From Actinomycetota bacterium (lineage in GTDB: Bacteria > Actinomycetota > Acidimicrobiia > IMCC26256 > PALSA-610): DNA of 40,579 bases. How positions within the stretch are numbered: position 1 is the first letter of the stretch; every line of letters starts with the position of its first letter. This document shows positions 35,102 to 40,579 of this stretch, piece after piece. The notes beneath the pieces were generated by a model. The model worked only from the letters and a program-made list of their open reading frames with translations. It was not told the origin of the DNA and ran no database searches. Location of the stretch: contig JAWXCJ010000386.1 of the NCBI GenBank assembly GCA_034408875.1, forward strand, positions 1 through 40,579, written 5' to 3'. The translations under genes were made by a program, and so were the position numbers.

Positions 35102-35662
35102 GTGCTCTCTCCGGAGAAGATCGTCGATGCCACCCTGGCCGCGATCGACGAGAACGGAATCGAAGGGGTCTCCCTACGCGACGTGACGAACCGCCTGGGC
35201 GTGACGCCGCCCGCGCTCTACGACCACTTCGACGGCAAGGACGCGCTGCTGCGCGCCGTGGCCGACCGGATGTATCGCGACCTGGGCGCGCAACTCGGTG
35301 CCGCCGGTGGCACCGACCTCGAACGCGCGATCCGTGGATTCCGGGCCTACGCCGCGATGGCCCGTGCCCATCCCCGCCGGTACGGGTTGTTGCTGCGCTA
35401 CCCGCCGCCCGCGGTGAGCGTGGCCGACAGTGGTTCGGAACTCGCGTCGGCCGGGACCGCGTACGACCTCGGGGCGGGACCGGTACGCGACGCGATCACC
35501 GCGGGGGCGTTGCCGCCCGCCGACCTCACACTCGCGCCGCTCGTGACGTGGGCCATGGCGCACGGCATCGCGACGTTGCTGGTGCACGGGCACTTCGACG
35601 ATGCGACCGCCGATCGTCTGGTCGAGGAAGCCATCGTCGTGCTCTTCGGGAGCGCGACCTAG
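35102..35662 (+). CDS. TetR/AcrR family regulator (WHG-like C-domain)
   Basis: VSLRDVTNRLGVTPPALYDHFDGKDAL HTH; WAMAHGIA; TAGCGT 7 nt before GTG 35102 (alternative start 35084). Confidence 0.88.
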   Translation: MLSPEKIVDATLAAIDENGIEGVSLRDVTNRLGVTPPALYDHFDGKDALLRAVADRMYRDLGAQLGAAGGTDLERAIRGFRAYAAMARAHPRRYGLLLRYPPPAVSVADSGSELASAGTAYDLGAGPVRDAITAGALPPADLTLAPLVTWAMAHGIATLLVHGHFDDATADRLVEEAIVVLFGSAT

Positions 35663-36372
35663 TCCCCGACCTCACCGTCGAGATACGCGAATTCGAGCCG
35701 CGTGAGGTCGGCGCGCAGCTCAGCCGCGGGTTCGTCGAGCACGAGTCGGCCGCGTGCGAGCACGAGTACCCGGTCGGCGATCTCCAGCGCGAGGTGGACG
35801 TGTTGCTCGACGAGTATCACGGCCGCACCGTCTTCGGCGGCCGCGCGGACGGCGGGCAACAATGACCGGGCGACGATAGGGGCGAGGCCGAGCGTCATCT
35901 CGTCGACGAGCAGCACACGCGGCCGCCGTTGCAACGCGCGCGCGAGCGCGAGCATCTGCTGCTCGCCGCCCGAGAGCAGGCCCGCGGCCCGCCGCGGGAT
36001 CGCGCGCAGTGCGGGGAACGTGTCGAGCGCGGTGTCGGTCGCGGCGCGCCCGCCGCGCGGGCGGGCCAGGCGGAGGTTCTCGGCGACGGTGAGCTGCGTG
36101 AACAGGCCGCGGTCGTCGGAGACGAGCGCGAGGCCGCGGCGGGCGAGGATATGGGGCCGCCGGGTGTCGACGTTGCGTCCGAGCACTTCGACGCGACCCG
36201 CGAGCGTCGGCTGGAGGCCGCTGATCGCGCGCAACAGGGTCGTCTTGCCCGCGCCGTTGGCGCCGAATAGGGCGACGATCTCGCCCGGCTTCACCGCGAA
36301 CGAGATGTCGCGCACGACGGGGACGCCGCCGTATCCGGCCGCGACGTCTGTCAGCACGAGCGGCGCGCTCAT
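35659..36372 (-). CDS. Branched-chain-amino-acid-type ABC importer ATPase (LivF-like)
   Basis: GANGAGKT, LSGGEQQMLALAR, VDEMTLGLAP, LVEQH. Confidence 0.9.
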   Translation of the reverse strand: MSAPLVLTDVAAGYGGVPVVRDISFAVKPGEIVALFGANGAGKTTLLRAISGLQPTLAGRVEVLGRNVDTRRPHILARRGLALVSDDRGLFTQLTVAENLRLARPRGGRAATDTALDTFPALRAIPRRAAGLLSGGEQQMLALARALQRRPRVLLVDEMTLGLAPIVARSLLPAVRAAAEDGAAVILVEQHVHLALEIADRVLVLARGRLVLDEPAAELRADLTRLEFAYLDGEVGD

Positions 36373-37133
36373 GGTTCCTCACCGACCGCGGTGCCGAGGT
36401 ACGCCTCGACGAGCGCGGGGTGGATGCGTACGGCGCCGGGCGGCCCGTGCACGATCACGGCACCGAAGTCGAGCACGTAGACGACATCGCACACCGAGAA
36501 CACGAGGTCGACGTCGTGGTCGACGAGCAGGACCGACGCGCCGTGCGCCACGATCGCCCGGAGGTGGTCGCCGAGCCGGGCCCGGTCGGCGGGGTCGAGT
36601 CCGGCCGCGGGTTCGTCGAGCAGGACGAGGCGGGGTGCGGCGGCGAGGGCGCGGGCAATGCCGACGAGGCGGCGGGTGCCGTGGGGGAGTTCGCGCGCGG
36701 GCGTGCTCCGGCAGTGGTCGAGCCCGAGGAGTTCGAGCGGCTGCTCGACGCGCTCGTTGCGCCGCACGCGTCGCCACGGTTTGCACGCGTCGGTCAACAG
36801 GTCCCGCACGCCGGGTCGCTCGGCCGCGACGCGAAGTTGGTCCTCGACCGAAAGGTCCTCGAACAGCGCCCCGCCCTGGAACGTGCGGGCCAGGCCGGCT
36901 CGGGCGCGGGCGTGCGGTGACAGCGTGTCGAGGGACCGTCCTTCGAATGCCACCGTCCCCGCGGCTCGCGCGAAGCCCGTCACCGCGTCGATGAACGTCG
37001 TCTTGCCCGCGCCGTTCGGGCCGATCAGGCCGACCAGCGAGCCCGCGCCGACCTCCAGGTCGACGCCGTCGAGCGCGACGACACCGCCGTACCGGACGGT
37101 CAGGCCGCGTACGTCGAGCAGCGGTGTGGTCAT
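36369..37133 (-). CDS. ABC importer ATPase (LivG-like)
   Basis: GLIGPNGAGKTT, GLARTFQ, LLDEPAAGL, LVDHD, AYLG; ATG 37133 overlaps upstream stop. Confidence 0.9.
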   Translation of the reverse strand: MTTPLLDVRGLTVRYGGVVALDGVDLEVGAGSLVGLIGPNGAGKTTFIDAVTGFARAAGTVAFEGRSLDTLSPHARARAGLARTFQGGALFEDLSVEDQLRVAAERPGVRDLLTDACKPWRRVRRNERVEQPLELLGLDHCRSTPARELPHGTRRLVGIARALAAAPRLVLLDEPAAGLDPADRARLGDHLRAIVAHGASVLLVDHDVDLVFSVCDVVYVLDFGAVIVHGPPGAVRIHPALVEAYLGTAVGEEP

Positions 37134-39067
37134 CGGCGGCGGATCCTGGCCAACGATCCCACGATGCCGTTCGGGAACAGGACCGCCGCCGCGACCAGCG
37201 CCAGCCCGGCCGTCGCGAGTTGGTAGCGCGACGCGCCGTCGTCGATGCGATCGAGCGCGACGGTGAGGATCCCGCCGCTCGCGAGCACCCCGGCGAGCAG
37301 CGCCCCGGCGGGCGCGGCGATGCCCGAGAGGTAGGTGAAGGCGAGCAGCGTCAGCGACGCGAGGACGGCGAACGACGACGGCGAGAGGATCTGGCGCTCG
37401 TACGCGAGCAGCGTGCCGCCGATACCGGCGAGGAACGCGGAGACGCCGAACGCGCTGATCTTGGCGCCGACGACGTTGATGCCGGCCGCGGCGGCCGCCC
37501 GCTCGTCGGCGCGCACCGCGAGCCACGCCCGGCCCGTCGCGCCCCGCCGGAGGCCGACGACGGCCAGCGTGCAGACGACGAGCACCACGATGCACACGAT
37601 CCCGAACGCGGCACGCGGGTAGTCCGTGCCGCGCGCGGCGATGCCGACGTCGATGCCGAACAGTTCGGGTGGCGGCACGCGACTTCCCGCCGCGCCGCCG
37701 GTGAACCAGGTCCACTTGAAGATCAGCTCTTCGATCACGACCGCGGCCGCGAGCGTCGCGATCGCGAGGTCGAGACCGCGTACGCGCACGGCGGGTATTG
37801 CGACCAGCACACCGACGGTCGTCGCGACGGCCGCGCCCGCGAGGGCGTCGAACGGGAACCCGAAGCCGGCGTCGTTCGCGAAGCGCACCATCGCGAACGC
37901 GGCGACACCGGCGAACGCGTACGGCGCGAGCGAGATCTGGCCGACGAATCCGGTGACGACGACGACCGAGAGCGCGAGCACCGCGGTGATCGTCGAGATG
38001 ATGATGCCGAGCCGCCAGTCGCCGTCGAGTACGAGGAGCCCGGAGACGGCAATACCGCCGACGACGAGTACGCCGACGCCCGTCCACCTGGGGTCGGGCG
38101 ACTCGGGCAGCGATCGGGTCGGCGGGCGCCCGCGGTGCGGCAACCGGGAACCGCCGACGAGCAGCGTGAGCAGGATTACCAGGAACGGCACGCCTTGCTG
38201 GAGGCCGATCTCGGGCAGCCACGCGTGGTCGGCCTGCAGGTTGAGGATCTCCGACTGCGCCATGCCGATCGCGAGTCCGACCGCGGTCGCGACGACGAAC
38301 GAGTTGAATCGGGCCACGAGCGCGGCCGCGACCGCGGGCACGATCAGCAGGCTCGTCCCCGCGGGGTCGAGGCGCACGACGGGCGCGGCGAGGATGATCG
38401 CGAGGGCCGCGAGCATCGAGGCGAGCGCCCAGTTCGCGACGCCGTACGCGTCGGGCGACAGCCCGATCTGGATGGCACCCTCTTCATGTTCGGCCGTGGC
38501 GCGGGTCGCGAGCCCGAAGCGGGTGTACCGGTATGCCAGCCACAGCACGCCGGTGAGCACGAGCGCGACCGCGAGCAGCAGGAACCGGTCGAGGGGCACC
38601 GACGCGCCCGCGAAGTCGACGACGGTCGCGTCGAGCACGTTGCGGATCACCAGCGCGGTTGCACCGCGCGCACCGAACCGGAGGTCGATCAGCGCGATGA
38701 AGTAGAGGAGCAAGCCGAGCGACGCGACGACGCGGGCCAACGCCGGCGCGCGCCGCAACGGACGGAACACGAGCCCGTAGATCAGCGCGCCGAGCGCGGC
38801 CGCCAATGCGAGGCATGTGACCATCGCCGTGAACACGGTCGGCCGGTCGACGATCGCCACCCGGTCGGGGAGGCCGAGGAGGGGGAGGACGAGCTCGCCC
38901 GTCGCGCGGAGTTCGTAGAACGCGAACGCGACGTACATGCCGAGTGCGGCGTGGGCGAAGTTGACCGTGCCGCTCGCCTTGTAGGTGAGGACGACCCCGA
39001 GCGCGAGGATCGCGACGACCGAACCGCCACCCAAGCCGAGCAGCAGGAACGTGAAGTGGCTGGAGAT
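37130..39067 (-). CDS. Fused LivH-LivM ABC permease (start codon uncertain)
   Basis: LTYKASGTVNFAH and TGFVGQISLA motifs, LAVRADERAAAAAGINV; first TM helix begins upstream of the first canonical start (TTG 39034). Confidence 0.85.
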   Translation of the reverse strand: MSSHFTFLLLGLGGGSVVAILALGVVLTYKASGTVNFAHAALGMYVAFAFYELRATGELVLPLLGLPDRVAIVDRPTVFTAMVTCLALAAALGALIYGLVFRPLRRAPALARVVASLGLLLYFIALIDLRFGARGATALVIRNVLDATVVDFAGASVPLDRFLLLAVALVLTGVLWLAYRYTRFGLATRATAEHEEGAIQIGLSPDAYGVANWALASMLAALAIILAAPVVRLDPAGTSLLIVPAVAAALVARFNSFVVATAVGLAIGMAQSEILNLQADHAWLPEIGLQQGVPFLVILLTLLVGGSRLPHRGRPPTRSLPESPDPRWTGVGVLVVGGIAVSGLLVLDGDWRLGIIISTITAVLALSVVVVTGFVGQISLAPYAFAGVAAFAMVRFANDAGFGFPFDALAGAAVATTVGVLVAIPAVRVRGLDLAIATLAAAVVIEELIFKWTWFTGGAAGSRVPPPELFGIDVGIAARGTDYPRAAFGIVCIVVLVVCTLAVVGLRRGATGRAWLAVRADERAAAAAGINVVGAKISAFGVSAFLAGIGGTLLAYERQILSPSSFAVLASLTLLAFTYLSGIAAPAGALLAGVLASGGILTVALDRIDDGASRYQLATAGLALVAAAVLFPNGIVGSLARIRRR

Positions 39068-39079
39068 GACGGTTCCCGG

Positions 39080-40414
39080 CTACTCGGAATCGGCGAACTC
39101 GGTCACGTCCACGAAACCGTTGGGCGCAGCGGCCGGCGTGCCCTCGGGGCCGATCTCGAACAGGTACTGCTGGGGCGCGCACAGTGCGATGAGGTCGGAC
39201 ATCTGCTTCCCGTCGCACGTGTACGGGTGGCCCCAGAAGCTCGGTTGGTCGCGGGTCGCGCGCATGTACTCGAGGATCGCCGCCGACGTTATCGCGTCGG
39301 AGCCTTCGTCCTGTGCGACTTCGGTCAGTGCCGCCCACAGGTTCATCGCCCCCCGGAACGAGACCGTGCCGGCTCCGCCCGCGGGCTCCGTTGCGTACCG
39401 CTCGGTCGCGGCCGCGAAGATCTCGGCCTCGCGGTTCTCGTCGAACGGGCCCTCCGAGTTGAAGATCACGCCCTCGGCCGCGGCGCCGGCCTGGTCGAGG
39501 ATCTCGGGCGCGGCGCACGCGCCCACGAGCAGCAACGTCGCTTCGATCTCGAGGTCGCGGCGGGTCTCCATGAGCGGCACGCACGCGGTGTCGGCCGCGC
39601 CGACGATGATGGCGTCGGCGTCGAAGTCGGCGGCTTTGGTCAACACGGGCAGGAAGTCGGTTCCGAGGATCGGGAACGGGATCAGTTCGACCTCGGCGCC
39701 GAGTTCGGTCGCGACGTCGGCGCCCCAGGTGGTCGCGGAATGTTCGAACGACTCGAACTCGCCGTACGCGACCGCGATGCGTTCGGCGCCCAACTCGCGT
39801 ATCGCGTACGCGGCGAACGCGCTGAACGCCCCCGGGGTGCCGCCGCTGAAGTAGAACGCAATCGGGCTGCGCATGTCGGCGAGGTTGACCGGGATCCCTC
39901 CGACCACGGGGATCTCGTTCTGTTCGAGAACGGGGATCGACCCGGTGCTGCCGACGTCGAGCCCGCCCAGGAACGCGATCACGCCCTGGTTGACGAGATC
40001 CTGCGCGCACGCCTGCGACGTTTCCGGCGCGAAGTCGGCGGCGCAGGTGAGCAGTTCGAGTGGCCGACCGTCGACGCCGCCCAGCTCCGCGTTGATGAAC
40101 GCGACGGTTGCCTCGGCCGCGGCCCGCACTTCGGGGAACGATCCCGCGGGGCTGTTCTCCTGGTTGATGATGCCGATGCGAATCGGTTCGGCGTCCTCGT
40201 CGGCGGCGACCGGCGTGGCCGGGACGGTCCCCATGAACCATTCCTCGCCCGCGAACTGCGCAACCACCGAGTCGGCCGACGCGGCCGTCGTGGTGTCGGT
40301 CGCGGCGTCCGTTCCCGCGCTTGTCGTGTCGTCGTCGCCCGAGCCTTCGGAGCACGCCGCGCCCACGAGGGCGAGCAGCAGCAGCGCCGCCGCCACGCGT
40401 GTCGAGTGGATCAC
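39080..40414 (-). CDS. ABC substrate-binding lipoprotein (LivK/PBP type 1)
   Basis: GGAGGA RBS; lipobox VGAAC; PIRIGIIN, INAELGGVDGRPLEL..C, ACAQDLV. Confidence 0.88.
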   Translation of the reverse strand: MIHSTRVAAALLLLALVGAACSEGSGDDDTTSAGTDAATDTTTAASADSVVAQFAGEEWFMGTVPATPVAADEDAEPIRIGIINQENSPAGSFPEVRAAAEATVAFINAELGGVDGRPLELLTCAADFAPETSQACAQDLVNQGVIAFLGGLDVGSTGSIPVLEQNEIPVVGGIPVNLADMRSPIAFYFSGGTPGAFSAFAAYAIRELGAERIAVAYGEFESFEHSATTWGADVATELGAEVELIPFPILGTDFLPVLTKAADFDADAIIVGAADTACVPLMETRRDLEIEATLLLVGACAAPEILDQAGAAAEGVIFNSEGPFDENREAEIFAAATERYATEPAGGAGTVSFRGAMNLWAALTEVAQDEGSDAITSAAILEYMRATRDQPSFWGHPYTCDGKQMSDLIALCAPQQYLFEIGPEGTPAAAPNGFVDVTEFADSE

Positions 40415-40579
40415 AATTCCTCCAGTTCACGTGCGACCGCTTCGACCGCGTGGACCTGCTCGTCGTCGAGGCCGCCGAGGCGACCGTTCCCCCCGGAGAG
40501 TTGTGTCCGCTGAACCCAATTCAGTGACACGACTGTATCCCGCCGGCGGCCGGTTTGCCCGCCCAGCCCAGCAGCAGGA

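Noticed and set aside
35084-35662. TetR gene as kstR
   Set aside because: WHG-like C-domain, no recognisable KstR sequence and no KstR box upstream
37124-40513. 1129-aa plus-strand ORF
   Set aside because: Antisense shadow of the Liv permease and binding-protein genes; R/G/D-rich with no motifs, typical of high-GC DNA
40510-40524. CTGAA-N5-TTCAG inverted repeat upstream of the Liv operon
   Set aside because: Only 5-bp arms near the window edge; too weak to call an operator

Overview
High-GC, actinobacterial-type DNA (codon style and leaderless TAnnnT promoters; Acidimicrobiia-like by inference only). It is dominated by lipid/sterol catabolism genes: enoyl-CoA hydratases, SDRs, a CYP124/125/142-type P450, an LLM oxidoreductase, and a Mycobacterium-like DUF35-ltp4-ltp3-ACAD / fadD19 divergon with an exact KstR-type operator. 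It also carries a heterodimeric ABC exporter and a Liv-type ABC importer. Four regions deserve attention. (1) 3.7-9.15 kb is a collapsed island: a broken MalT/LuxR regulator with tandem TCACC-N8-GGTGA boxes, and short remnants of a DUF7144-like protein, SulP, formylglycine-generating enzyme, a membrane protein and an MFS pump. (2) 16-21 kb is a two-regulator/two-kinase cassette. One kinase is catalytically intact with little sensor region; the other has a cupredoxin-like, His-rich sensor and a degenerate ATPase. Two copies of one palindrome bracket it. (3) 30.2-35.1 kb is an ECF sigma operon with its own GAAC-N17-CGTC promoter, a beta-propeller lipoprotein ending in CAC, a large ZAS anti-sigma and an M15 peptidase. 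(4) REP-like palindrome families and mini-ORFs bridge genes. No rRNA, tRNA, CRISPR array or transposase was seen. All family calls come from motif recognition, not database searches.
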